NCBI GenBank assembly: GCA_007376535.1
Contig: VMGK01000002.1
Span: 1-58,358, forward strand
Source of the DNA: Candidatus Berkelbacteria bacterium Licking1014_7
GTDB taxonomy: Bacteria > Patescibacteriota > UBA1384 > GWA2-35-9 > CG2-30-39-44
DNA length: 58,358 nucleotides
Reading direction: 5' to 3'
Below, in pieces: positions 18,629 to 28,272 of the stretch (position 1 is its first letter; each line of letters opens with the position of its first letter). The translations under genes and the position numbers were made by a program. The notes under the pieces were generated by a model, which did not search any database, was not told the DNA's origin, and saw only the letters and a list, made by a program, of their open reading frames with translations.

Positions 18629-21600
18629 TTATGGCTTTCTGTATCCGGTTCCGGCCGGTATCAACCGTCCTATGATAACATTTTCTTTCAATCCTTTCAA
18701 GTTGTCAGTCGCGCCTTTGATGGCCGCGGTAATTAAAGCATTAGTTGTTTCTTGAAATGACGCAGACGATAAAAAGCTTTCTGTTTTCATTGCGCAACGA
18801 GTAATACCCATAATGACTGGCTCGGTTTTTACTTTTAATTTCTTATTTTCAATATTTTCTAAGTCCTTTTTGTTAATTATCTGGTCTTCAATATATTCGT
18901 ACGACTCTGATTCAACTACCCGTCGTCTTCCCACCATCTGCCTGATAATGATTTCAATGTGTTTGTCAGAAATTGCCTGACCTTGTGCCGCATATACTTT
19001 TTGAATCTCGTTAAGAATATATCTAATCACTTTTGGCAAGCCCTGATATTTTACCGCAAATTCAAAATTAAGATGATCGTCGGTGATTAAATCGCCTTTT
19101 TCCACTCTTTGTTTGTCGTTTACCAGCAATTTTGCGTTAAGCGGAGCGTAAAATTGAATGGTCTCTTTTTCTTCCGCTTCAACAATAATTTTACCTTTCA
19201 TCACTTTCGCTTGGCCGGAAAATTTTGCTCTCAGCGGCGATTTATTGTCAGTAATCGCCAAATTTTGCCGGGGAGTTACTTTTTGTCCGGTTTTAATTAA
19301 AACATCATAACCCTGAGTATCAATTTCCTGAATCAACGGATTATCGGCAATCACAAATATATCATATTCCTCCTCTTTTTCAGTAATTTTAATGGTGCCG
19401 TCAATCGGCGAGATGAGGGCGGGTCGTTTAGGTTTTCTGGCTTCAAAAATTTCTTCTACTCTTGGCAAACCAGTGGTAATATCTTCGCCTTGCACGCCTC
19501 CCAAATGGAAGGTCTTCATTGTGAGCTGAGTGCCTGGTTCGCCAATGGCTTGCGCCGCAATAATTCCCACCGCGTCGCCGGGTTGAGCAAGTTTTTTGAA
19601 AGCCATATTCAAGCCATAGCATTTTTGGCAAATTCCCCAGTCCTGCTGACAAAAAATCGGCGTCCTTACTGGTATTTCGGAAATTTCTGATTCATTAATT
19701 TGCTTGGCTTGGGTTTGTGAAACAACCGTATTTTTTCTGACAATCACTTTATTGGTCTTAGGATCGGAAATTTGGGCGGCGGCCACGCGACCGTAAATTC
19801 TTTCTTCAAAGTTAGCAGTGGTATTTTCTGAGTCATCGCGATAGACCAAAATATATTTGTCTGATCCGCAATCCTCGCCATTGATAACAACATCTTGCGA
19901 AACATCGACCAATCGTCTGGTCAAATAACCAGCATCTGAGGTTCGAAGCGAAGTGTCTGATTTTCCTTTTCTGGCGCCGTGCGTGGAGATAAAATATTCA
20001 TAGACCGACAAGCCCTCCTTAAAGTTGGTTTTTATCGGCAATTTAATAATTTCTCCGGTGGGCGACACCACCAAGCCCTTGATACCGCTCATCTGGATAA
20101 TTTGAGCAAACGAGCCCCTTGATCCCGATGCCACCATTTCATAGACCGGGCTCGTTTTATCGTATTGCTTAATCATGGCTTTTTCAATTCTTGATTTTAC
20201 TTGCGACCAAGTATCAATGATTTTGAAGTCCCTTTCTTCTTCAGTTATCAATCCCTGTTCAAATTGACTCTCAGCCAAGGCTACTTGCACGTCTCCTTTT
20301 TTGACTAAACCGTCTTTTTCTCGGGGAATCTGAAGATCGTCGATTGAAATGGTAAGCCCGGATTTGCCTGCCCAGTGAAAACCCAATGACTTGATTTCAT
20401 CTACCATTTTAACCACAGTTTTTTCATCGCAATTTTCATATCCGTCCGATAAAAGTTTTTTTAACTTTTTGTTATCCATGGTCTTGTTGATAAAACGCAT
20501 GGCTTTGGGAATAATATTGTTAAACAAAATTCTTCCGACTGAGGTTTCAATAATTTTACCGTTTGAGAGTCGCACTTTAATTCTCTCCCTTACTTCTACC
20601 CGGTCTAATTGATAGGCCAAAATTGCTTCGTTTTTATTAGAAAAGATTTTGATTTTGTCCTTTTTTTGCTCGTCAATTTTGGTGAGATAATATATTCCAT
20701 AAACAATATCGTAACGCGCCTGAACCACTGGTTCGCCCGAGGCGGGTTTTAATAAATTTTTCACTGACGCCATAATTTGCTCTGCTTCGGCTTTGGCCGG
20801 GGTGGATAATGGCAAATGCACTGCCATTTGGTCGCCATCAAAGTCAGCGTTGTAAGCATAACAAACCAATGGGTGAATTTGAATGGCTTTTCCTTCCACC
20901 AAAATTGGCTGAAACGCTTGAATGCCCAGACGATGCAAAGTAGGCGCGCGGTTTAAGAGCACCCAGCTTTTGGCGGAAATTCTTTCCAAAATTTCATAGA
21001 CCTCTGGTGTTCCTTTGTCAACCAAACGGGCGGCGTTTTTGATGTTGTGAACATAGCCTTCTTTAATCAGTTTGCTCATCACAAATGGCTTATAAAGCTC
21101 AAGCGCGATTTTTTTAGGCAAACCGCATTGGTTTAATTTGAGTTCAGGTCCCACCACAATCACGCTTCTACCTGAATAATCCACCCTTTTACCAAGTAAG
21201 TTTTGTCTAAAACGACCTTGTTTTCCTTTAAGCATGTCTGAAAGCGATCTAAGTTTTCGTTGTCCGGCGCCAGCGGTTTGAGGCGCTTTGCCCCGACGGG
21301 AATTATTGTCAATCAACGCGTCAACTGCTTCTTGCAACATTCTTTTTTCATTTCTGGTGATGACTTCTGGCGCGCCTTGTTCAATCAATTTTTTCAAACG
21401 GTTGTTGCGGTTAATTACCCTTCGATAAAGATCGTTTAAGTCAGATGCGGCGAAGCGCCCGCCGTCTAATTGCACCATTGGTCTCAGGTCTGGCGGAATA
21501 ACCGGAATTTTGATGAGCATTAAAGATTCTGGTTTAATTTCAGCTTTTTGCATATCGGATAAGACCTTAATCCGTCTGAGCATTTTTTTTTGGCTGGAGG

Positions 21601-22324
21601 CGGGAACTTTAGAAACATTTTCTTTTAGATTTTTAATTTCTATTTCCATATCAAACTCTTGCAAAATTCTATAAATTGCCTCGGAACCAATGCCAACTTG
21701 AATTACATTGCCGTATTTGAGCGATAATTCATGATATTTTTCCTCTGAAACCAATTGTTTTTCCGCCAGATTTGTAAGTTGGGTTTTGGTTTCTTTGTAT
21801 TGTCGATCAAGAATCGCCCGCTCAATATGTTTCTTTTTCTTGGCTTGGTTATATTCTTCTTCAAGTTGTTCTAAAATTTGCTTGACTACATCATCATTGA
21901 CTTTGGTAATGATAAAACTGGCAAAGTAAATCACTTTTTCTAAATCATTGATAGATAAATTTAGCACTGTGCCCAGAATTGACGGCACGGCGCGCACATA
22001 CCAAATATGAGCGATGGGCACGCAAAAATTAATATGTCCCATTCTTTCCCGTCTGACGCTCGAACGGGTTACTTCCACACCGCATTTATCGCAAATTACA
22101 CCTTTATATCTAATTTTTCGGTATTTACCACAATAACATTCGTAGTCCTTAATCGGACCAAAAATTTTTTCATCAAAAAGACCCTCGCGCTCAGGTTTTT
22201 GCGTGCGGTAATTGATGGTTTCTGGTTTTAGCACTTCACCATGCGACCATGATTCAATATCGTTGGCGGACGCGACTTTAATGCGCAGCGAGTCAAACTC
22301 TAATCCAAAGTCCTTTTGTACCAT
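18629..22324 (-). CDS. rpoC: DNA-directed RNA polymerase subunit beta-prime
   Basis: NADFDGDQMAVH catalytic motif and zinc CxCGKY...C..C, 1231 aa. Confidence 0.98.
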   Translation of the reverse strand: MVQKDFGLEFDSLRIKVASANDIESWSHGEVLKPETINYRTQKPEREGLFDEKIFGPIKDYECYCGKYRKIRYKGVICDKCGVEVTRSSVRRERMGHINFCVPIAHIWYVRAVPSILGTVLNLSINDLEKVIYFASFIITKVNDDVVKQILEQLEEEYNQAKKKKHIERAILDRQYKETKTQLTNLAEKQLVSEEKYHELSLKYGNVIQVGIGSEAIYRILQEFDMEIEIKNLKENVSKVPASSQKKMLRRIKVLSDMQKAEIKPESLMLIKIPVIPPDLRPMVQLDGGRFAASDLNDLYRRVINRNNRLKKLIEQGAPEVITRNEKRMLQEAVDALIDNNSRRGKAPQTAGAGQRKLRSLSDMLKGKQGRFRQNLLGKRVDYSGRSVIVVGPELKLNQCGLPKKIALELYKPFVMSKLIKEGYVHNIKNAARLVDKGTPEVYEILERISAKSWVLLNRAPTLHRLGIQAFQPILVEGKAIQIHPLVCYAYNADFDGDQMAVHLPLSTPAKAEAEQIMASVKNLLKPASGEPVVQARYDIVYGIYYLTKIDEQKKDKIKIFSNKNEAILAYQLDRVEVRERIKVRLSNGKIIETSVGRILFNNIIPKAMRFINKTMDNKKLKKLLSDGYENCDEKTVVKMVDEIKSLGFHWAGKSGLTISIDDLQIPREKDGLVKKGDVQVALAESQFEQGLITEEERDFKIIDTWSQVKSRIEKAMIKQYDKTSPVYEMVASGSRGSFAQIIQMSGIKGLVVSPTGEIIKLPIKTNFKEGLSVYEYFISTHGARKGKSDTSLRTSDAGYLTRRLVDVSQDVVINGEDCGSDKYILVYRDDSENTTANFEERIYGRVAAAQISDPKTNKVIVRKNTVVSQTQAKQINESEISEIPVRTPIFCQQDWGICQKCYGLNMAFKKLAQPGDAVGIIAAQAIGEPGTQLTMKTFHLGGVQGEDITTGLPRVEEIFEARKPKRPALISPIDGTIKITEKEEEYDIFVIADNPLIQEIDTQGYDVLIKTGQKVTPRQNLAITDNKSPLRAKFSGQAKVMKGKIIVEAEEKETIQFYAPLNAKLLVNDKQRVEKGDLITDDHLNFEFAVKYQGLPKVIRYILNEIQKVYAAQGQAISDKHIEIIIRQMVGRRRVVESESYEYIEDQIINKKDLENIENKKLKVKTEPVIMGITRCAMKTESFLSSASFQETTNALITAAIKGATDNLKGLKENVIIGRLIPAGTGYRKP

Positions 22325-22328
22325 ATTT

Positions 22329-25300
22329 TTACTCCATCACCTCTTCAGGAGTTGCCTGAGGTGGATTTTCTTCTTGTTGGGCTAATATCTCGGTTATTTC
22401 TCGATCAATATTTTTGTTTTTTGCAGTCGAAGCTTCCTTAAAATGAGATTGTCTGGTGTTTGGTTTGATTTTTTGCACTTTGCCATTTTCTAACGGCTCA
22501 ACATTGAGAGACAATGATTGTAATTCTTTCATTAAAACATTGAATGACGCGGGGATCGACGGCTTTTGAATTTCTTCATTTTTAATAATTGCTTCGTAAG
22601 CGCGCGATCGGCCCTGAATGTCGTCGGACTTGATAGTGAGTATTTCTTGCAGAGTGTGCGCTGCGCCGTAGGCCTCAAGCGCCCAGACCTCCATTTCCCC
22701 AAATCTTTGTCCGCCAAATTGCGCTTTTCCACCCAATGGTTGTTGAGTGACAATTGAGTAAGGACCAATCGATCGGGAGTGAATTTTGTCATCAACCATA
22801 TGGATCAATTTCATCATATAAATAATACCGACTGTCACATCTTGGTTAAATATTTCACCGGTTTTTCCGTCAATCAATTTTGTTTTGCCTGACTCTGGTA
22901 AATCGGCTTTTTTCAAAAGGTCTTGAATCTTGTCTAATTTAATTCCAGTAAATGCGGGCGAGGCAACCTTAAATCCTAATTTGCGCGCCGCCCAACCAAG
23001 ATGTGTCTCTAAAATCTGCCCTAAGTTCATACGGGAAATTACGCCCATGGGGTTGAGAATTATGTCAACCGGTGTTCCGTCTTCAAGGTGAGGCATATCT
23101 TCCGCTGGCAAAATTTTAGAAATTACCCCTTTGTTTCCGTGTCGTCCTGCCAGTTTATCGCCGACTTGAATTTTTCTCAATTGGGCGATGGAAACTTCCA
23201 CTGATTGATAAACGCCGGTGGGAAGTTCGTCGCCTTTGTCTTTTTCAAAAATTTTAATATCAATAACTTTTCCAAATTCTCCATGTGGCAGACGAAGCGA
23301 AGTATCCATTACATCTTTGGCTTTTTCGCCAAAAATCGCGCGCAACAGTTTTTCCTCAGCAGTGAGTTCGCTTTCACCTTTGGGTGAAATTTTACCCACC
23401 AAAATATCGCCTTCTTTAATTTCGGCGCCAATGCGGATAATGCCCAGATCGTCAAGGTTGGCAAGGGTCTCCTCGCCCACATTAGGAATATCTCGGGTAA
23501 TGACTTCAGGACCAAGTTTGGTGTCGCGGACCTCAAGACCGTAGGTCTCAATATGAATGGAAGTAAACTCGTCGTCTCTTACTAAGCGGTCGGAGATGAT
23601 AATCGCGTCTTCGTAATTGCCACCCATATAGGACGCAAAGGCAACCAAAAGATTTTGTCCCAATGCCAATTCGCCATTATCAATGGCAGACGATTCCGCA
23701 ATAATTTGACCGGCGGTTATTTTATCGCCCACATTAACAGAAGGATGTTGATTGATACAAGTGCTTTGGTTTGACCTGACAAATTTTGCCAATGGATAAA
23801 CAATTTTACTTTTATCGTTTTTTATCACAATTTTATCCGCGCTTACTGATTCAACCAGGCCGGCTTCTTGCGCTTTGAGGATTTGTCCCGAGCTTTTGGC
23901 GGCTTCTTCTTCCATACCAGTACCGACGACCGGCGAATCGTAGCGCACCAAAGGCACTGCCTGTTTTACCATATTTGAACCCATTGAAGCGCGCGTCGCG
24001 TCGTTATGCTCAATAAAAGGAATTAAAGCGGTTGAAACCGAAATGATTTGACGAGATGAAACATCAATATAATCCACCTGCTTGGCGCTCACTTCTATGG
24101 GACCGCCTACCGAACGGACAATTACTTTTTTATCTACAATATAATTGTTTTTGATATTGGTTGAGGCGGGCGCGATATGGTATTTTTCTTCTTCAAAAGC
24201 ATCTAAAAATTCAATTTTTCCTGATACATTGGCTTTGCCGTTTTTCTTGTCAACTTTTAAGAATGGCGTCTCAATAAAACCAAATTCATTGATTTTGGCG
24301 TAAGTGGCAAGTTGTCCCACTAATCCGATATTGGGACCTTCTGGCGTGGCAATCGGGCAAATTCTTCCATAATGAGAATTATGAACATCGCGAACTTCAA
24401 AACCAGCCCGTTCACGAGACAAACCGCCTGGACCAGTGGCCGCAATTCTTCGCTTGTGTTCCAACTCTGACAATGGGTTGGTCTGATCCATAAATTGTGA
24501 AAGTTGGCTGGACGCAAAAAATTCTTGAAGCACGGCTAAAATTGGGCGATTATTGATGAGTTGAGCCGGTGTTATGGAGTTCGGATCTAAATAACTCATT
24601 CGATCCCGAGCAATTCTTTCTAACCGAAGCATTCCCACTCTCAGCCGCGACTGAATAAGTTCGCCCACTGCGCGCAGTCGGCGGTTTTTTAAGTGATCAA
24701 TATCGTCGGGTTGCGCGCCCGACGTATTGTTCAAAAGAATAATTTCTTTGGCAATCGCGATAACATCATCAAGTAAAAGCAATTGGTGCTCGACGTCATT
24801 GGGTTTGTTTAAATTGAGTCGACGGTTCATTTTATATCTACCGACTTTTCCCAAAGAATATCTTTTGGGATCAAAGAACATATTATCAAAAAATGATTGA
24901 GCGGTTTCCGCAGTTGCCAAATCGCCCGGTCGCACCTTTTTATAAGTATCAAGGAGCGCTTCGGCTTGATTTTTGGTAGCGTCTTTTTGGAGTGTCTTTT
25001 TTATGTATTGGTGATCAGAGTCGGTATCAACATCTTGGAAAATTTCTATAAGATCCTGGTTAGTATAATCGCCTAACGCTTTCAAAAAAGTTGTTAGAGG
25101 CATTTTTCGTCGGCGGTCAATTTTTACAAAAATAATGTCGCGGTTGGATGTTTCAAATTCCACCCACGCTCCGCGGGAAGGAATGATTTTGGCGCCAAAA
25201 AGTTTGCGAGTACCAAAGTTTAGAGCAGTAAACATTATTCCATAAGAACGGACGATTTGCGTCACCACCACTCTTTCAATGCCATTGATGATAAAAGTTC

Positions 25301-25637
25301 CGCGCGGAGTCATTAAAGGAAAATCGCTTAAATAAACATCTGCTTCTTGAATTTTGCCGGTTTCTTTATGAGTAAGTTTAACTCGGCATTTTAGCGGCGC
25401 TTTGTAAGTAAGGTTTCTTTCTTTAGCTTTTTCCTCGTCGACTTTTGGTTCCTCGTGCTCGTATTCACCCAATTCTAGACGATATTTTTTATCTGTAAAA
25501 TCTTCAATCGGCGAGATTTCTTCAATGAGTTCTTTGATACCTTCGGAAAATAACCATCTGTATGATTTTTTTTGAATATCGATGAGATCAGGGATTTGAA
25601 TATTGTCTGTTTTGGGTGAAAAATATTTTCTTGCCAT
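22329..25637 (-). CDS. rpoB: DNA-directed RNA polymerase subunit beta
   Basis: GDKLAGRHGNKGVISKI and QRFGEMEVWALEAYGA motifs, 1102 aa. Confidence 0.98.
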   Translation of the reverse strand: MARKYFSPKTDNIQIPDLIDIQKKSYRWLFSEGIKELIEEISPIEDFTDKKYRLELGEYEHEEPKVDEEKAKERNLTYKAPLKCRVKLTHKETGKIQEADVYLSDFPLMTPRGTFIINGIERVVVTQIVRSYGIMFTALNFGTRKLFGAKIIPSRGAWVEFETSNRDIIFVKIDRRRKMPLTTFLKALGDYTNQDLIEIFQDVDTDSDHQYIKKTLQKDATKNQAEALLDTYKKVRPGDLATAETAQSFFDNMFFDPKRYSLGKVGRYKMNRRLNLNKPNDVEHQLLLLDDVIAIAKEIILLNNTSGAQPDDIDHLKNRRLRAVGELIQSRLRVGMLRLERIARDRMSYLDPNSITPAQLINNRPILAVLQEFFASSQLSQFMDQTNPLSELEHKRRIAATGPGGLSRERAGFEVRDVHNSHYGRICPIATPEGPNIGLVGQLATYAKINEFGFIETPFLKVDKKNGKANVSGKIEFLDAFEEEKYHIAPASTNIKNNYIVDKKVIVRSVGGPIEVSAKQVDYIDVSSRQIISVSTALIPFIEHNDATRASMGSNMVKQAVPLVRYDSPVVGTGMEEEAAKSSGQILKAQEAGLVESVSADKIVIKNDKSKIVYPLAKFVRSNQSTCINQHPSVNVGDKITAGQIIAESSAIDNGELALGQNLLVAFASYMGGNYEDAIIISDRLVRDDEFTSIHIETYGLEVRDTKLGPEVITRDIPNVGEETLANLDDLGIIRIGAEIKEGDILVGKISPKGESELTAEEKLLRAIFGEKAKDVMDTSLRLPHGEFGKVIDIKIFEKDKGDELPTGVYQSVEVSIAQLRKIQVGDKLAGRHGNKGVISKILPAEDMPHLEDGTPVDIILNPMGVISRMNLGQILETHLGWAARKLGFKVASPAFTGIKLDKIQDLLKKADLPESGKTKLIDGKTGEIFNQDVTVGIIYMMKLIHMVDDKIHSRSIGPYSIVTQQPLGGKAQFGGQRFGEMEVWALEAYGAAHTLQEILTIKSDDIQGRSRAYEAIIKNEEIQKPSIPASFNVLMKELQSLSLNVEPLENGKVQKIKPNTRQSHFKEASTAKNKNIDREITEILAQQEENPPQATPEEVME

Positions 25638-25800
25638 AAAAAAACCTATAATCTATTTTAATATATACAAAAAATACAGTTTAAAACAAACTGTCTCTAT
25701 TCTCACTGATTAGTGAAAAAGACAAAGCAATTTATTGACCTTTAATTATTAGACTTCTCGAGATCCAGCACCAACAAAATCGTATCAATTACTAATAACC

Positions 25801-25829
25801 ATAATAGCAAACTTTCAAAAACTTGTCAA
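25801..25829 (-). promoter_or_regulatory. consensus-like promoter TTGACA-N17-TATTAT upstream of rpoB
   Basis: The reverse complement reads TTGACA agtttttgaaagtttgc TATTAT. It would give a leader of about 155 nt. Confidence 0.5.
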
Positions 25830-25921
25830 GAGCCGATGTTTCATCGGCTCGCAGACCCCGTGGCAAGGCACTGCCATTAGGGTGCGGGATTCGTTTGGCA
25901 GTAAGGTGTCTATACGGGGTC
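25830..25921. other. GC-rich structured element: 9-bp hairpin (25830..25850) plus a domain closed by GACCCCGT/ACGGGGTC (25854..25921)
   Basis: Stems read directly. Unique in the window. Does not fold as a tRNA. Confidence 0.4.
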
Positions 25922-25956
25922 AAGCCCCGCCAAAGTAATCTCAAATCTCAAATCTT

Positions 25957-26032
25957 CCGCCCGCCATCGCTACCTGCCCGCTAATGCAAGCATAGCGTTG
26001 CAGGCGGGTGCTCAGGCGATTAGCGGGCAGGC
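25957..26032 (-). repeat. module B compound copy
   Basis: CCGCCCGCCATCGCTACCTGCCCGCTAATGC...GCTCAGGCGATTAGCGGGCAGGC. Confidence 0.8.
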
Positions 26033-26077
26033 AAAATCACAATGTAAAATGCAGAAGTTTTTTGACTTTTGACTTTT

Positions 26078-26147
26078 GATAAAAATTCCAATTCTCAAGC
26101 ATCAATGTTCAATGATTCCTTGAGATTTTGATTTATTGGAATTTGTA
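26078..26147 (+). repeat. module E copy 3
   Basis: Near-identical to 7629..7700. Confidence 0.9.
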
Positions 26148-26159
26148 CTGGTCGTGTGA

Positions 26160-27368
26160 TCACTTAACCACAACTCTAAACTTTATATTTTCGGTTTTGA
26201 TACTCACGATTTCAAAATTTTCTGGCAAGATAAAATTTTCTTTTTTTATCTGCCTGTTGTACTCGCCCGCTGAACCAATGTCTGCCGCGTCAATTTGCAA
26301 TTTGATTTGCGAGCCGTCAAAACCACTGATTTTACTGGCTGGCGCGCTCACCACAATTTGAACATTTTCTGGCGATATTCCTGACACCGACAAATTATTT
26401 TTCAAATTCAAAAATTCTATATTGCTAACCGCGATGTCTTTTTCTGCTTTTGCCTCCACTACTTTAATCACAATTTTAACTTGCCTTAAATTGTCTAAAC
26501 TTGATAGACCAGTCGGAAATTCTAAAGCAACATTTTTTTCTATGGTTCGACTCTCGCCAGCAATTGAAATTTGTTGGGTGGGGATAAAATTTGTCTCAAA
26601 GACCAATGACGGGTCGCCGGTTATGTTTGCCACTGACGGCGAGACCGAAATATTTTCCACTTGAAAGCCGGGTTTTAGATCGCCGATAACTTCTGCTTTA
26701 ATGCCAACGGTCTTAACATTGGCGGTTTTGCCGATTTGCGCGGAAATGGTCACTTCTTCGGGCGAAAAAACGATATTATCAATTTTATTATTTTGGCTAT
26801 CCAACGGTTCTAAGCGATAGACACGGGAAAAGTCGTTTTTTTCATTATCAATATTTACCTTTGCCACCACGCGAGAAATTTTTTTAAAAATAGTGGGCGA
26901 TGATTTGGCAACCACGGTTGGCGGCGAAATTTGGTAACCATTAACTGCAAAGCCCTGCGCGGGCGCACCGTCAAACATTATCTCAACTTTTTGTTGTTTT
27001 TCTTGAATTTCCTCAATATTTACTTGCACTTTATCTGGCGAAATTTTGATAATTTGCACTTCTGGATTATCTGAAACGACTTTAACATCTAACTGATACA
27101 AACCGGTTGATTTGCCTAATAGATCCACTCTGGCGTGAAAATTTGACGCCGAGATTTTTTGCCAAACCTGCGGTTGCGCAGATATTTTAACTTTTACTGA
27201 CCGTTCGGATAAAACCGCCAAATAATTTGTTTTGACATTAATTGTGTCAATGGCAATATCCGCGGGAAAAGTGCCAATTCTACCCAATTGAAAAGAAATA
27301 AAAAGCCAAAAGCCAAAAGCCAGAACTAAGCAAATTATTTTAATATAAATGTTTTCTAATGGTTTCAT
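26160..27368 (-). CDS. cdaR: YbbR-domain protein (CdaR-like regulator of CdaA)
   Basis: N-terminal TM helix, then repeated about 90-aa beta-rich units (..V.V.G....L..L....I.A.VDL.. pattern). Overlaps the cdaA stop. Confidence 0.75.
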   Translation of the reverse strand: MKPLENIYIKIICLVLAFGFWLFISFQLGRIGTFPADIAIDTINVKTNYLAVLSERSVKVKISAQPQVWQKISASNFHARVDLLGKSTGLYQLDVKVVSDNPEVQIIKISPDKVQVNIEEIQEKQQKVEIMFDGAPAQGFAVNGYQISPPTVVAKSSPTIFKKISRVVAKVNIDNEKNDFSRVYRLEPLDSQNNKIDNIVFSPEEVTISAQIGKTANVKTVGIKAEVIGDLKPGFQVENISVSPSVANITGDPSLVFETNFIPTQQISIAGESRTIEKNVALEFPTGLSSLDNLRQVKIVIKVVEAKAEKDIAVSNIEFLNLKNNLSVSGISPENVQIVVSAPASKISGFDGSQIKLQIDAADIGSAGEYNRQIKKENFILPENFEIVSIKTENIKFRVVVK

Positions 27369-28200
27369 TTTTGTAATAAATTCGGGTTTGGGTTAAGTGT
27401 TTTGTCAAATATTTTTTCATTTCCTCCAGATTTAAATTTCTTTGAATTCTGCCATTGACTGACAAAGAAATCGCGCCGGTCTCTTCGCTCACAATAATCG
27501 CGACTGCGTCTGTGATGCCAGTTAAACTCATTCCGGCTTTGTGCCGCGTGCCCAGCGATAAATCAATTACATCGTCAGAAATCGGCAAAGTGCAACCCGC
27601 GGCAATAATTTTTGAACCAGAAATTACCACTGCTCCATCGTGAAGAGGCGCCCGCGGAGTAAAAATATTAGTCAATAATTTAGAAGAAAAATTAGCGTAA
27701 AGTTTTTCGCCGGTGGCGATCACATCGCCCAGATTTGACTGTCTGACAAAAACAATTAGCGCCCCGATTTGATTTTTTGACAAAACCTTAATCGCTTGGA
27801 TGGTCTCGTCAACAATATTGTCAATTTCAATTTTTGATAAACCTTTCCAGTCAGTAACATATTTTGTGGAAGCGCCCAATTTTTCCAGCGCGTGTCTTAA
27901 CTCTGGCTGAAAAACGACTGGAATTGCCACCAAAATCGAAGTAAGCGCCCAGCGGAGTAATGTTTTGAGCGCGTTGAGTTCAAAGTATTGACTAATAAGC
28001 CATAAAATCGCCAGCACCATAATACCATACAAAATTCCCAAGGCGCGGGTCTGGCGTAAAAACAGATAAAACCAGTAAAACAAAATCGCCACAATTAAAA
28101 TATCAACTACCGCTGAAACATTGGCAATATTCCTGATGGTTTGGGCGATATTTAGCGCTGTATCGCCGGCGCCCAAAACCATTTTACTTGAAAAATCCAT
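27340..28200 (-). CDS. cdaA: diadenylate cyclase CdaA (c-di-AMP synthase)
   Basis: Three N-terminal TM helices plus a DAC domain with HDGAVVI and GTRHKAG..L....DAVAIIVSEETG motifs. Confidence 0.88.
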   Translation of the reverse strand: MDFSSKMVLGAGDTALNIAQTIRNIANVSAVVDILIVAILFYWFYLFLRQTRALGILYGIMVLAILWLISQYFELNALKTLLRWALTSILVAIPVVFQPELRHALEKLGASTKYVTDWKGLSKIEIDNIVDETIQAIKVLSKNQIGALIVFVRQSNLGDVIATGEKLYANFSSKLLTNIFTPRAPLHDGAVVISGSKIIAAGCTLPISDDVIDLSLGTRHKAGMSLTGITDAVAIIVSEETGAISLSVNGRIQRNLNLEEMKKYLTKHLTQTRIYYKNETIRKHLY

Positions 28201-28272
28201 TCATTTCCCTCTTTTGAGGTCGTTTAAGAATACCATTTTTACTGTAATTATTAAATTTTGGCTCCGTATTTT

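Noticed and set aside
19443-24517. Same-strand overlapping ORFs inside rpoC/rpoB and other genes (19443..19652, 22532..22795, 23309..23551, 24320..24517, 7735..8028, 27897..28094, 28884..29072, 32457..32651, 39594..39794)
   Set aside because: They are alternative frames within long, motif-verified genes. Nothing supports independent coding.
25854-25921. tRNA gene in the GC-rich element upstream of rpoB
   Set aside because: A 7-8-bp closing stem exists, but there is no D-arm, anticodon or T-arm arrangement and no GTTCGAATC-like T-loop on either strand.
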